DNA of 63,187 nt, filler included, from Basidioascus undulatus (lineage: Eukaryota), in the NCBI GenBank assembly GCA_000826855.1. It is 8 parts of 8 records of this genome, joined end to end, with 100 filler letters (N's around TTAATTAATTAA, not from the genome) between each part and the next. Parts side by side here need not be neighbours in the genome. Positions count along the whole stretch, not along the records: positions 31,679 to 39,487 come from JTLS01001488.1; positions 39,588 to 47,391 come from JTLS01001489.1; positions 47,492 to 55,294 come from JTLS01001490.1; 5 more parts are not named here. One strand, 5' to 3'. The position numbers were made by a program, and so were the translations under genes. The notes below the pieces were generated by a model. It was not told where the DNA came from and made no database searches. It saw nothing but the letters and a program-made list of their open reading frames with translations. Of the stretch, positions 36,411 through 51,282 are shown piece by piece (the first letter of the stretch is position 1; every line of letters begins with the position of its first letter).

Positions 36411-37018
36411 ATGCGGTCCGCCTCTTTCGCCCTCCTCGCCGTCGCCGTCGCCGCCACTGTCTCCGCCCACCCCAGCTCGGGCAACATCCTCAAGCGCCAG
36501 GACGGCGGGTCTTGCAACACTGACAAGGTTGCGTGCTGGTCAGTTTAGATCCCGTCCATGGGGAAAGCCAGTTAATGTATTGAACTAAGATTTCCTTTCC
36601 AGCAACACTCTCAACGACGCCCCCACTGCGAGCGGGGTGAGGTTCCTTCTCCCATGCCTCTCGTGTAGCCTTGAATCTGACGAGCCTCGTGCATTTGACG
36701 CTCACAGCTTCTCGGCGGCCTTCTTAACGTCGGAAGTGTCGCAGGCCAGGTCGGGTTCAGCTGCGACCAGGTACAGTAACTTGTGTATCTTTTGTTGATG
36801 CAGCACATTGTGCTGACGGACCGACGAATCTCACAGGTGCCCGTAATCGCCGGCGCGGTTTCCGGCCAGTGCGACAGCGCCCCCGTGTGTTGCGACAACG
36901 TCTACCAGGACGGCCTGCTCGGTGTTGGATGCTCGGTGAGTGACTCCCCGATTTACTCCTGACCGAAGATCGTGTGGGGCTGATGGTTTGTCGACGCAAG
37001 CCCGTCCAAATCGCTTAA
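36411..37018 (+). CDS. Class I hydrophobin (hydrophobin B)
   Basis: Signal peptide, then SCNTDKVACC...GFSCDQVPVIAGAVSGQCDSAPVCCDNVYQDGLLGVGCSPVQIA*. It has 8 Cys and shares intron positions with hydrophobin A. Confidence 0.92.
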
Positions 37019-38952
37019 GCACTGGGCTCGCAACCGGCGTCCAGCGCCTTGGGATAATATATTCGGGAAATGTAGGGATGTTTAAGTGAATTGTAACTCT
37101 TGTAGGAACGTATAGCATGGACACAATGCTGCTGGAAAGAGATTTCCTCGGGACAGCTTTGCTGTCATGATCCCCTTGCAATGGTAACTAGAGGAGTAGC
37201 TAATGGTACTTTGGGATAGATATATTTACCGATTATTGGGGCTTCAAACTTCGTTCATGTTTACGATTTCCGTTGGGCAAATGGGAATGCGCCGCTCCTT
37301 ATGAGACTTCGGGCGACATTCGCTTCAGGCCGAGTAGACTGTTGATCTGAATGATCCCATTACCAGAACTTTCTAGAATCTTGGAATGAGGAACAGAACC
37401 AACAGGATGCAGTGGCTTCATGGCTCCCGCGACCTCCTGTGTGAGCTATTGCTAGCAGTGCGCTCTGTCACTTGCTCGCTCACCGCCTTGAGCCCTTGCT
37501 CGTCAGTCCCTCTTCGCGAATCGAGCATGGCTCCAGGTGAGAGTGGCTTGGTTTTGAGACTTAATATTCAGGTGATCAAAGCAGGACTCCTCGAGCATTG
37601 GCCTTACAAGGCTTTGTGAAATTTTTCCTTTGACCTGCGAGATGTGGCGGTGGCCAGCCTATAAGTATTCTCAGTTCAAACACAAAACACTTCGCAAGCG
37701 TCCTGATATTGCTGACTTGCTTACATGCATACAAGGGAGAAAGACGACGGCCCCCGCCCATCGTGCTGTTCACTGCTGTTGTCGTTGTTCGACGGAGGAG
37801 TTTCGACAAGTTTCAGGTGGACGTCGAAGGTATCGAAAGTTCGTCTAATTTGCTCACGCCGCTGACGAGGCGGCCCTCTCTAGCCCTCTCCGACAGTTCC
37901 TGTCGCCCGCGTAAGACCTCTCTGTCTGTACGCAAAAAATGCTAGTAGAGTTGTATGCACTGCAAAGAGAATGCTTCTCTTATTTGTCTCTGTATATCGC
38001 AGAAGAAAATTTTCACGAGAGCTGGTTTAAATTCGGAGGTGGAATGGCGACGAATCCGTACCGACGTTGTGGATTTCACTGCAAAGCGCGACGTCATTTC
38101 GCACCCCCGCGTGCGCGGCTCGTGGCGTCCCGTTGGAGCGCAGAGCTGCTTTTCCGTTGGCGGTGAGCTCCTGGACCGACAAAGGAACGAGGCGCATGAA
38201 GACTCGATAAGTCGAGAGTGAGCGTCGCAATGGGTACGAAAGGACGCGAAGACGGGCGTCGTCGAGCAGAATCAGTGAAAAATGGACTGCATGTGTGCGA
38301 TCAGAAAGGCTAAAAAAGTGGAGGGGCTAGTAATAGTGCCGGAAGGGCATGACGTTGCGACGCGATTGGCCGTGCAGCGTCGGTCACAGTCGCTCGCTCG
38401 CTGCAAAGCCCTGCTCGCTGTCCCCCGACCCGCCCTTGTTCCTTGTATTGGCTGCTCACCACCACCATCGCTCCCCACGCCACCCGCGCCGACGCCCCAT
38501 TCGCCCCTGACGCGCAGTTGGGCTCTTTACGCAACCACCGGCCACAGGCGAGACCCCCAATCTAGAGGTGAGATGGGAGTTTTTTGCTGCGAGAGCGACT
38601 CTGCGATGGCGTTTGTCGCGTGCTTCGCCCGAGGGTCGGCCTTGTATGGAGGGCGTCCCACTGAGGGTGGGCAATTGGCTCGATGCGCGGGCGCTGCCGA
38701 TGTGTAATGCGTATGTGGTGAAGGTGGGCGAGTGAGGTCGCTTGTGACGGTCGTAGGCGCACTCGAGAGCAGCCGGCCCAGGGGCGAGAAGGCGGCGATG
38801 CTGATGCCCCCAACCCAGACGCCTTACAGTGATCGGTTGCCCCCTCCACCGGCAACTTGCGCATCCTACCCATCTCTCTTTACTGACCCCCGCATACTCT
38901 ACTCTCATCAACGCACCATCAACGCCTTCGTCGCACACAGGCGGGCGCAGCG

Positions 38953-39487
38953 ATGGACTTCAGCTTGGCGCCCTCGCGCTCGTCCTCGACCGCCGCCACC
39001 ACCGGGTCCGTGAACCAGCTTACCGACAACCCATCGACCTCCAGCACCGCCTCACCCTCCGAGTCCGACCTCTTCGCCGCCGCGCTCAAGCAGCGCTTCG
39101 GGGAAGGCGCGACGCCCGCCGCGATCGGCACCAGCCGTCGTCCGAGCTTTGGCGAGACCGCCGGCGAGGGCTACTTTGGCTTGCCCACCGCGTCGACGTC
39201 GGCGCCGGGACAGGTGCCACAAACGCCGGGCGCGAGGGGCTTGGGGGCAGGCAGCACGGGCTTGACGCCTGCGTTGGGAGCGCTCGGAAGGCGGAGGAGC
39301 TCAGCCGCCCCATCTCTCGCCCAGATCCCTCCGACCCCGGGCGTGGGCACCGATGGTGCCCCCAACCCTTTCAATCTCTCGCTCTCCTCCGCCTCTACCT
39401 TGGTCCCGACGCTTCCACTCACGCGTTCCGATCGGCCAGCCGCCCCATCTCCCTTCTCTCCCGTACACACCCTCTCCGCCCCACCTC
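38953..39487 (+). CDS. 5' part of an unidentified Ser/Pro/Thr-rich protein, truncated by contig end
   Basis: Open frame with host-like codon usage from ATG 38953 to the contig end. No domain is recognised and the true start may lie upstream. Confidence 0.5.
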
Positions 39488-39587
39488 NNNNNNNNNNNNN
39501 NNNNNNNNNNNNNNNNNNNNNNNNNNNNNNNTTAATTAATTAANNNNNNNNNNNNNNNNNNNNNNNNNNNNNNNNNNNNNNNNNNNN
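39488..39587. other. Artificial contig-joining linker
   Basis: N44-TTAATTAATTAA-N44. Confidence 0.99.
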
Positions 39588-41050
39588 GGGCACTGCACGC
39601 GCATTCAAGCCATAAAATTAATTCCGATATAGTATGCTAGTAATTTTAAGGAGGGTCTGGCTGGAGGCATGCCAGTAATATCCTGATTGCTCTCCAGAGT
39701 GCCTCTTTGTGGTTATGTTAAGCCTCAGCTGTATGTCCTTCAAATCCCTTGCTGGTTCTAGGATCAGGTGGACTTTGGCAGTGGATATGTGGTTCAAGCT
39801 ACACTGTTTACTTGCACTGTTCATGCATGTCCTCATGATCCATTGGAAGCCCGTGCGGTGTGATATTTGCAATCCCGAAAGCTCCGAAAGATCGAGCAGA
39901 ATATGACACAACAGAAGTGGAGGGCCGTGGTGTGGCACGGAGAATTACGGTGAAACCAGAGGGAGAACGGCAAGCTGCCGTGTCACATTGTGCCACACGG
40001 CACTGACAACACATTATTGCCATGATGACCGTGCTGGAAGCCTTATTGCGCAGCAAACTACCGTGCTGCCGGCAGTCCTCCGGCGTCTAATAGGCGGGAC
40101 ACGGTACTCCTTTCTGTTCTCATCGCAGCAATGCATGCCGTGCATGCCGGCAGACACACCCATAGTGCGCCGGCAAATGGCCGGCGACTCGCTGCTGTTA
40201 TAATGCTATTTCAGGAAATTGTTTGACGGCAGGTTTTGCTCCTGCAAAAATGCTGCCGTGCTACACGGCCGACACTGCCCGCAAAGCTTCATAGACGTCG
40301 ACTGGTGATCTGTGGGAGCTCTACAACGATCCCGGAACCTATCTGCAGGATGGCCTGCAGCCTCTTTGTAAGCTTCTGATGCAATCCCAGAGCTTGCACT
40401 CTTTATGCGTGACTTCATGGACCAGGTGCAAAGTGAATGTCTGCCCGGTTTGTGAAACTGCCCTCGGAAACGGGCAGACAGTCCGGTTGGTACGAACGCA
40501 ATTGTGGGCCAGATTGCTCTTAATGTTGCCCTCACAATACCGGGTATTTAGCTAAATTCAAATTCTTACACCAAATATCACCGTGGGACCTAAAGCGCAC
40601 AAATTTCGAGGATTGTTGAGGGTCGACACTCGGACCCGGGCAACAAACGTCTTCTTCGCCTTGGTCGCTAACGTTTGATGGTAAGCCCAAGTAGCTGTGT
40701 GATGAGCAAAAGGTCATTTTATGTACTTTTAAGATTACCGTACTCCCTTGTGCAAGACCACATCCCGATCCTCGGACCGAGCAAATTGACGAAGCAGTTT
40801 GCTGAGGGATGTTACGCCGTGGGGATCGACGAGGACTTCCAACCGTGCCATTCGCCATATGTGAAGCTCAGAGAAAAAGACCCGCCAAGTACCGTGGAGC
40901 ATGGAAAAGGAGGTAAGATGAGCTCGGCTGGCATCATGCCCTCCCCTAGGCCTGCAACACGCAAAAAGACGTGGGTTCACTCCTCGAGGTCTCCCGTCTA
41001 CCTCGATTACCGACCAGTGGAGAGTAGAATATGATCATGGTCACATCGAT
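39588..41050 (+). mobile_element. Possible highly decayed Ty3/Gypsy integrase-region relic
   Basis: Lower GC and no intact ORF. Faint, correctly ordered echoes of an integrase zinc finger (CHDD...CRACRQ) and a GPY/F-like segment (LGPSKLTKQFAEGCYAV). Confidence 0.3.
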
Positions 41051-42546
41051 TGACTGTTTATATGGTGGCCGCCTTGCCTTGTCCGTCCTCACTCTCAGGC
41101 CGCAGCGACATGCAGGCGGCAGCAGTGGTTGGCGGCGCTGAGAGTTGTCTGGCTTCGAGGGTGCCTGCCATTTACTGCAGAAGGATGGGGCTGCGCCATT
41201 CCGGCGCCGCAGGAGAGAACATCACGTTGGGAGCTCCGAAAGCTCGCCGCTATGGCCAAAAGCGAGCAGTCATGTTGGGTCGGAATCGGTGATCATATCA
41301 AGAACAGTTAGACGGAACACCGATACCGATGCGATCGACTACGGGTACTTTTTGGACATTTCACCAATAAAGAGCTCGTGTCGCATCCTGTTCCTCGTCG
41401 CGGCTGATAAGGCGGCGGACACGTGGGGGGGCGTCTTGTATAAATGTTGCAAGAGTCCTTCTCATTCGGCATCATTTGTGTCGATATCAGAGTGACACAA
41501 CTTTAATCCGGTATCAGACAAGTTGAGTATCATCGAGCGGATTCAGTATAATTGCCAAGATGCAAACTTTCGAGAGCGCGAGATGGACGGGCTCCGTCTA
41601 CCGAGCCGGCGGTAGACTGTCACAAGCAGGGAAAGGAAGGAGTTCGCCAGCAGTGCGAGATTTTGGGCATAGTTCGAGCTCCAGCAGCAAGCTTCCGAAG
41701 GCACGAAAAAGCAAGTTTGACGACTTGTGACGGCGCTAAAGGCAGGGCCAGTCCAAACCTTCAGCTTTGTCGTCGTTCCCCAGCCTGTGCGCTGTCAGGT
41801 CAGCGCCGCGACTGCCTGGGGCTCTGGACCGCCCTTCGCTCTCATCCTCATTGTCTTCGCTGGCGATCGACTTCTTCTCTGTTCGTTCTTCGAGGGTGAG
41901 CCGGTCTTTTCATTGCTGCTTGCGCCATGCTGCTCGTGCTACCCGCACCACGCATTCCCTTGCCACTTGCATCTGGAGATCCATCCAGCATGCTATGCTT
42001 ATTCGTCTCCGTGCAGGCCTCCGCTGCATCGGCCCCCGGGTCTTGTTACGAGCACCGGCCACCGTAAGCCGTATACCTCCATATCTCTTGTTTCCGGCGG
42101 GCCCATATAGACTAGTAAGTAGATCATCACCCACCTTTGTTCTGTCGTACTGAGCCAGGATGGCTCGCTGTAAGTAGAGGACTGTGACAGCGTCTCCGGA
42201 TAATTTAGTGGGACCCCTGCTCAGTCGGTAAGGCTCGGCTTTCACTACTTTTTTGCGATGGCATTAACAGAGGCTCGTCATCCTAGTAGTTCGCGTCTGG
42301 GCAAAAGCTGTGGGTCTGCACGGCCGTAGCCGGGTAGTCCAGCTACTCCGGTGCGTCGGTCAAGCTCCATCCCCCCCTCGGCGGCGTCCGTCTACGGCAG
42401 GCACCAAACTCAAGTCTATTCCGCATCCCAAAGCGCATACCCCCGTTAGATCCTCTCCGAGCTTATCTTGGTTCAACCTTGCTTTCCATCCACATCCTCC
42501 TCGCCGTTCGCAGCGGTTCGCGCTCGAGCTCGCCATCGCCGACGCG

Positions 42547-44860
42547 ATGCTGCCCTTCAACCATGGGCACTGGGCACCCGACGTCGCCGCCGACCGTTCG
42601 GGCACAGGCGCAGGTGCGGGGGCCCAAGATCATGGATCGCCGATGGACGTTCTAGCCGAGAAGGACAGTAGGATCTCGCAGGGGCAGGGGCAAGGGCTGT
42701 TCGGCGGATGGGGGCAGCAGGGGCAATGGAGCACTTGCGCTGGGGCTGGGGCTGGGGCTGGGGCGGGCATCGGCGCTGTGGGCGGGAGGACGTCAGGCTT
42801 GAGCGCGGCGTCGAGCCAGCCGACATCTCCACGCGAGCCCCCGCCAATCTTCGCGCGCGGCGGCTCGCTGCCATTCTCGGGTTCCGTCACTGAGGCGCCG
42901 GCGCCGGCGCCGGCGGGCTTGCCAGCGGCCGCGCTCACCTCGCCGCCGATCCAGCTCCCCGGGCTCGCTTCCTTCGACGCATACACGCGCCCTAACACCG
43001 GCGCATCTTCCGCCATGACCCTCAGCCCCCCGCCCACACAGAGCTCCGCATTCTCCTCCTGGGGACGTCGGACGTCTTCCGCGAGCTCGACCCCCTCCTC
43101 CGTCTTCAATCTAAACTCGCTCGCCCACCCTTCCCCGACCTTTCCCTTCTCCTCCCGCCCAAAATCATCCTGGACGTCCGGACATCATGACGAGTCGTTC
43201 CGCCCGCGACCACGCCACGGCGAAAGCGACGACGATCCGCTCGGCTTCTCAGGCGCGCAGCGGCCAGTCACGTCGGCGGGCTCGCCGAGCGGTCGGCGCT
43301 GCGAGCCCGACTTTCGATCTCGGCGAGGGACTGATAACAGCTCGTGGAGTTCGACGGGAGGCTCTTTGGGATCTCTTCCTGAGGGGTCTAGAGACGTTCG
43401 CTCGCACGAGAGCCGCCAACGGCCAACAACTTCGCCTACTCTTTCTCGCGCCTCCATCACCTCGACTTCACACCATCCTTGCGTGCGACCCCCGCTTTCT
43501 TCTCCCACCTCTTCGTCGATGCCCCCTTCACCTTCGTTCGCCGGTTACGACAATCCTCACACTCCTTCCGGCTTTTCATACCCTTATCCGGCGCCGACCT
43601 CGCCCCTCACGAACCCCTATTCCCTCGGTCCGCTGCCACCCCCGCAAACCCAACCTCCCGTTCCCATCTTTACCTCTTCCTCGCGCGCGTCGATGTCCGA
43701 CGACTCTACCGGTCTGGGGCCGCTGCCGCTGGATCAGGCGGCTCACGGCCAAGGGGAATATGGCGGCGGTGGACCGCTAGAGCAGAACGACGCGCCGGAG
43801 CATCCGAGCGAAGGAGGCGGAGACGTCGGGCGCGGCGGAGGCGGAGATGGGCGCGGCGAGCGCGAAGTCAGCCCGCCGTACTTCGACCTTTCTGACCTTA
43901 TTCCCCCCGAACGCGAACCGAGGTGCGTGCACACTCGTCGTACTCGTTCCCGCTGGCTATTGCTGACTCTTACTCGGACAGGACGTATTCGCTCGCCATT
44001 CGTCAACATCCGCAAGCGGCCCGAATGTCTTCATTCGGCGAGCGAGATCGCCGGCCGCTCGACCCTCCCCCGATCCTGCAGCTGCGTGTCTTTGACAAGG
44101 ACGGCAAGGAGGATCACGAGTGCGCGGTTACTGCTCGCCCAAACATGCAGTAATCCAGGCTAATCGGGTGTGGTGGGATGCCCAGCGCGCCGCGAAGTCC
44201 GTTCTGGGTCGTCCATGTCGTGCTGGATAACGGCGACGACGACGGAAAGCGCAAGCCCCCGACGCACATCCTCCAGGGCTCGCTCACGTCCAGCGGCCAT
44301 TTTGTTCGCAACGGCGACACCGACAAGTGGGGGTGCTACTTCTATTTCAGGTGCGTAGGCGCGACCAACCTTGCCCTTCAGTTCTGAAGTGACGAGGGCG
44401 AGCGCGGCGCGATGCAGTGATCTCACGCTCACGACCGAGGGCACCTACCGCCTGCGCTTCATCTTGACGACCGTTTGCCAATTGTGCGTACCACCGGCCT
44501 TTATCTTGCCTTAATCCCTCAGCTCATTCCGCGTTATGACGCTGCAGACCGGGGCAGTCTTCTGGCGAGCCTTGCCCCGTCATTGCCGAGGAGAAGTCGG
44601 AACCGTTCGCTGTGTATACCGCTAAGAAGTTCCCCGGCATGCTACGTAAGCCGCTTGTTCACCCCTCGAGTCTTTTCTTGGCCTGATACAATTCGCACCT
44701 CGAAGCCTCGACCTCTTTAGCCAAGTCGCTGGCGACGCAGGGTATCAAGGTGCGCCATCTGCAACGATCTCATATACAAGCAGATGCTAAACCACGCCGC
44801 TAGATTCCCGTCCGGAACGAAGAGCGCGGGCGCCGTGGCAGCCGTCGGACCGGGCAAGGG

Positions 44861-44896
<36 letters not shown>

Positions 44897-44905
44897 TTAC
44901 CGTGA
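42547..44905 (+). CDS. Velvet-domain transcription regulator (long disordered N-terminus, C-terminal velvet domain)
   Basis: YSLAIRQHPQAARMSSFGERDRRPLDPPPILQL, LQGSLTSS, YFYF/SDLTLTTEGTYRLRF, SEPFAVYTAKKFPGML/PSTSLAKSLATQGIK/IPVR. Subfamily not assigned. Confidence 0.9.
44861..44896 (+). repeat. (GAC)12 microsatellite encoding a poly-Asp tail
   Basis: 12 perfect GAC units just before the velvet stop codon. Confidence 0.95.
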
Positions 44906-45669
44906 CTCCCAACCCTCTTCATTGTCCTATATCCGCACTCCTTCCCGTCCAGATTCCCCTTCATGTTCCGATTTGCCTTGTCTTGTTTCCCTATTCTGGA
45001 CTCTTCTTGCGTACATGTTGGAACTCCGACTCGATCCTCTTTACCCTTCCCGCTCACGGAAATTACCTCGCTTCCTTCCATCCTCCCGTTCTCACCTCGC
45101 ATCCTGGCATTCTTCTGTCTTGTTCGTGTAGCATGGACTTGAATTTTTTTGCCATTATTGTTCGTTGCATGATTCCCCCCTGTTCCATATCCCACCCTCC
45201 ATCTGTGTCATTGTCCCGTCGGGCAGTCCGTTGGTCGTCGTCTCGGTTACCCCCTTGCTTTCGTGTTTGCCTGCAGAGCTGGCTGCAGTTTGTGCCTTGT
45301 GACATCAATGCATTCGTGCCCCTGCAACGCGAACAGGACGGCAGCGCGTGTGAGGGAGATGATCGAAGGCAGCTCTGCGTTGCTCTGCGACAGTCGCGCG
45401 TTGTCTGCGCCCATCAAGGGCCCTCACCAGGGCTCATCCAGTGTCTTTCCATGCCCACGGTGACTCTGTTTGCACGCCAGCGGTGCCTTCCGCTTGCCCA
45501 AGAACAGACCATGAAACAAACACATGGACCGCAATCGACGTAACCGTCTCTCTGCGCGCCTGGTACAAGATCAATCCTACAACATGCCCGCCCGTCATCC
45601 AGTCGTCCTCAAGTGCACTCTATTCGCCCCCTCCCCTCCCACCCCTGTACCGGTAACACGCGCGGACCC

Positions 45670-47391
<1,722 letters not shown>

Positions 47392-47491
47392 NNNNNNNNN
47401 NNNNNNNNNNNNNNNNNNNNNNNNNNNNNNNNNNNTTAATTAATTAANNNNNNNNNNNNNNNNNNNNNNNNNNNNNNNNNNNNNNNNNNNN
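47392..47491. other. Artificial contig-joining linker
   Basis: N44-TTAATTAATTAA-N44. Confidence 0.99.
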
Positions 47492-48370
47492 GTGCATCAG
47501 TGAACGCGGGGGAGGTGGAGAATGTGGAAGGAGGGAGCGACAAACCGCATCTCGACGTCGCAAGAGCCGACGTTTTGCTTGTGCCATTGCAGGATGTCGA
47601 GCACGTAGAGAAGGCCGGTCGTGGAATAGTCGGAGGGGAGGATCACGTCCAGCACGGTCGAGGGAGGGAGAGAGGTCGAGGGGAAGCGGAGGAGGGTTCG
47701 GCCTGAGACGCGCGAGTGTAGAGCGACTTGGGTCGTGTTGCCTGGTTCGTCGTGTTCGTCTCGGGTGAGCTTGCAACAGGAGAATGGGAGGGCTAGTCCG
47801 TGTGGACGCACCAGAAGCATTGGGAGCGGTCACAGCCAGACACCGCTTCCCCCTCGGTATAGGTGCTCGAGCGACATACGTCGTCCCATCCAACAGGTCC
47901 CGAGGCAAGTCCGCCAGGTCCGCCTCCTCGGCGTACATGATCTGGTTCGCGAATGGAGACTTCCGCCGCTTGGGCTTGCTCGCCCTGCCCGGCGTGGTCG
48001 CCGCATCGGGGAGCATGACGATCACGGGGCCGCCATCTTCTACGGCTGTCGTAGGATGGCTGAACGACGGCTCGTCGTCTGAGGATGGGGAGAAGGGGGA
48101 GCCATATGGCTCGTCGGGCGCGGACGCGGAGAGCGCGGCGAGATCGACCGAGGGTGAGCGCGCAGATGCAATGAGGGCAGCGCGTTTCTAGGGGATCAAA
48201 AGCAAATCGTGAGTGTTGTTTGGCGGGGGAAAGTGGATCGGGATGGGACGCACCTCGCGCTGCTTCTCGATAGCGAGCTGCCTGCGCTGGTCATGGTTCC
48301 CGACCCGGCGCACGGGGCTCGCCTTGTAGTCGTTGCGGCGGTGCGCTGGGAGGCCTGTGGGTGTGGCCAT
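47492..48370 (-). CDS. SNUPN: Snurportin-1 (m3G-cap snRNP import adaptor), 3'-truncated
   Basis: IBB-like N-terminus (RRNDYK...QRRQLAIEKQRE/KR), FANQIMYAE, PIPRGKRCLAV, TVLDVI...LYVLDILQW...CDVEMRF. Confidence 0.82.
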
Positions 48371-48855
48371 GTATGGATATTTCTGTTTTTTTTGTTAGAT
48401 GTTAGAATAATGAGCACAAGGAGTCGCGGAGTGTTGTGCTTAAGAAGAGAGAGGGAGGAAGGGAGGAAGGCGAGTTGGGCAGGCGTGGGAGTTTGTTTGG
48501 TGGCCGTTATCTAATCTGGCCTGATCCGAAGTTGGTATTCTTTCAAGTCTGGCCATCATTTGACTGGAAACCCCGTCCTCCAAACAAAAAATAAATATTT
48601 TCAACGATTGTGGCAACGCTTTGGGGGGCGCCAGGCTTACGCCGCAGCAGGCCAATGCACAGGGGCCGAGGCACACATTTGATACAGCGGCGGGGCGGCA
48701 TTGGCACGGGCGCGCGAGAGCGCGCACTCGCGAAGACGTAAGTCGCTTCCATTCTCTTTCTTGACTTTCGACTCTCACCCTTGCCGCCAGCACACACTTT
48801 TCCTCTTTCTATTCAGCTCGGTTCTGCGGTCAGAGCACTCTACGCTCTATTCATC

Positions 48856-50445
48856 ATGACTTCAGCCGATCTCCGGCAGCGGACGACGGCGACGAGCACG
48901 GCCAGCAGTAGCCAGCCGACGCCCTCCGCCTTGTCCTCGTCCGACTCGCTCGCGTCCCTCTCAAGCCACACGTCGCTCGAGGACAGCGCAACGCTCGTGG
49001 GACGGGAACGCAAGAAGCCTCCTCCCGGACAGGACCATGATGACTTTTACTGGGTCACCCAGGAGGAGCCTCATCGCTCGCGGTGTAAGGCCATCATGGC
49101 CGCCCACCCAGAGGTGCACTTGCACTTCCTTTTCAAATCGCTGATCTCACCTGATATTTGATGTGTTACTCTCTCTGATCCGTCAGGTCAGGAAGCTCAT
49201 CGGCCCCGTACCTTGGACGTCGATCCCGATCCTGCTCGTCGTCGCCCTCCAGCTATGCGTCGCCGCGGCGCTTTCAAACACCCATCCGCTCTCTTGGCAG
49301 TTCCTCCTCGCGGCCTATGCGATCGGCGGAACTGCGAACCAGAACCTCTTCCTTGCCATTCACGAGGTCACCCACAACCTCGTGTTTCGCAACCGCACCG
49401 CCAACAAGGTGCTCGCGATCGTGTCCAACTTCCCCGTCGGCATTCCTTTTGCCGCTACGTTCAAGGTGAGTGGGTAGGACGTTCCTTTGTTCGCGTTTGG
49501 AGATATCTGGGTGGCCTGGTCTGTGGCGCCTGTTTTCGGTGGTGGGCGGTCGGCGTCGCTGTCGCCACATCAGCTGTGCCCAGCCTGGTCATCGCTCATT
49601 TACAGTTACGCCTCGGTCCCTGCCACAACCTGCTCTGACCCACCGCACCGTTCCCAGGGCTACCACCACGAGCACCACCGCTATCTTGGCGAGGACGGGA
49701 TGGACACGGACCTTCCGTCCCGGCTCGAGCTCATCTGCCTGAAAACCGCCATCGGGAAAGTGTTCTTCTGGTCCGTCCCTCCACCCTCCACCCGACCCCG
49801 ACGCCCTCTTACCTTCCTCCTCCCTCTCCAGCATCTTCCAGATCTTCTTCTACGCGCTCCGCCCCGGCTTCGTCAAGCCCAAGGCGCCGACGCCCTTCGT
49901 CCTGACCAACATCGCCGTCCAGCTCGTATTCGACTTTTTCTTCGTGCGCGCCTTCGGTTGGTACAGCTTCTTCTACTTCATCGAGAGCAGCTTCTTCGCG
50001 GGCAGCCTGCACCCGTGCGCGGGGCACTTCATCGCCGAGCACTACCTCTTCGACGGCCTCGGCCAGGAGACGTATTCGTACTACGGCCCGCTCAACTGGC
50101 TCACCTGGAACGTGCGTCCTCCCGACCTCCCTCTCTGGTCACCCACCGTCCCGAAACTGATCATCTGGCATGCGGGGCTTCCTCTGCATGCAGGTTGGCT
50201 ACCACAACGAGCACCACGACTTCCCTGCGGTTGCGTGGCGGAACCTGCCGCGCGTGCGCGCGCTCGCGCCCGAGTTCTACGAGAACCTCGGCCAGCACAA
50301 GTCCTGGCCGGGCGTCATCTACCGCTTCATCTTCGAGACCGACGTCGGCATGTTCTCGCGCGCCAAGCGCAGCCCGCCGCCCCACCGCGCCGCGTGGTCC
50401 GGCCAGCCGGGCGAGGGCGCGAGCTTGGACGGCGCGAACGAGTAG
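48856..50445 (+). CDS. DES1: Sphingolipid delta-4 desaturase
   Basis: DFYWVTQEEPHRSRCKAIMAAHPE, three His boxes HEVTHN, YHHEHH and YHNEHHDFP, and LHPCAGHFIAEHY. Confidence 0.95.
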
Positions 50446-51282
50446 ACGCAGGAACCGGCTTACTTTCTTTGTCTGTTCATGTCGCACATACCCGGCCATG
50501 TATCGCATCCTTTTTCTCCATCGATCGCATTTCAGCTGTTGTAGACCATACCGATCGGGCTCTCAGGCATCTTTTTTGCGGCTCTCTGCCATGATTAACG
50601 GAAGATGTCGACGCGGGGCAATGAAGTGTCCATGGGTGTTCCGACGTGCTTGCGCTGAGTGGGACCATGTTGTTGAATGCGCTGCGCTGGCCAAGACACC
50701 CGCGGCATTGGTCAAACTCTCTACCCTTTGCGGGCCCGGCCTGTTTTCAAGATGTAGCTTAGCAACGGATCGCTCAGTAGTGTAGTAACCAACACAGTAG
50801 GGCTCGCAGGATGATGTCCTGCGCCTGTCCCAGCCGAAGTGCTGGCCGCTTCGCACACAGCGTCGATCCCTTGTCAGGTTCGCAGCGGGGACGGATATGA
50901 ACGAGACGAGGTAAGAGCGAGACAAATTATATCATCTCGCTTGTTCACTGGCTCATTTCGAGAGTATGCTGTGTTGTATAATTTCACAGCCGAGTGGAAC
51001 AGGGACTGCAAGGGTGAGGGGACATCTTCGATCGCGCGGAACATCTAGCTGCGAGAAGTTGGACATGTATGGAAAACGCAAGCTACTCTACTCCTATGCA
51101 ATCGGTGTGGTCACGGTGGGAACACCGCTCGAGGCCTTCACGTAGTCGGCGGACTCGGACGGCGTGGCGGAGAGCGTGTTGTACTTTGAAATGGCGGACG
51201 GGTGCTGGTTCGGGCGAAGCTCGCTCTGGTACAGGACGGGATGAGCGGGCTGGTCGTTGACGACGAGACTGGGATAAAAGCA

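Noticed and set aside
2690..37018. Apparent virulence or surface-interaction cluster (phospholipase C, urease, AA9-like, hydrophobins)
   Set aside because: The genes lie on different unlinked contigs.
37620..38230. Possible small gene remnant downstream of hydrophobin B
   Set aside because: Fragmentary frames with no identifiable family.
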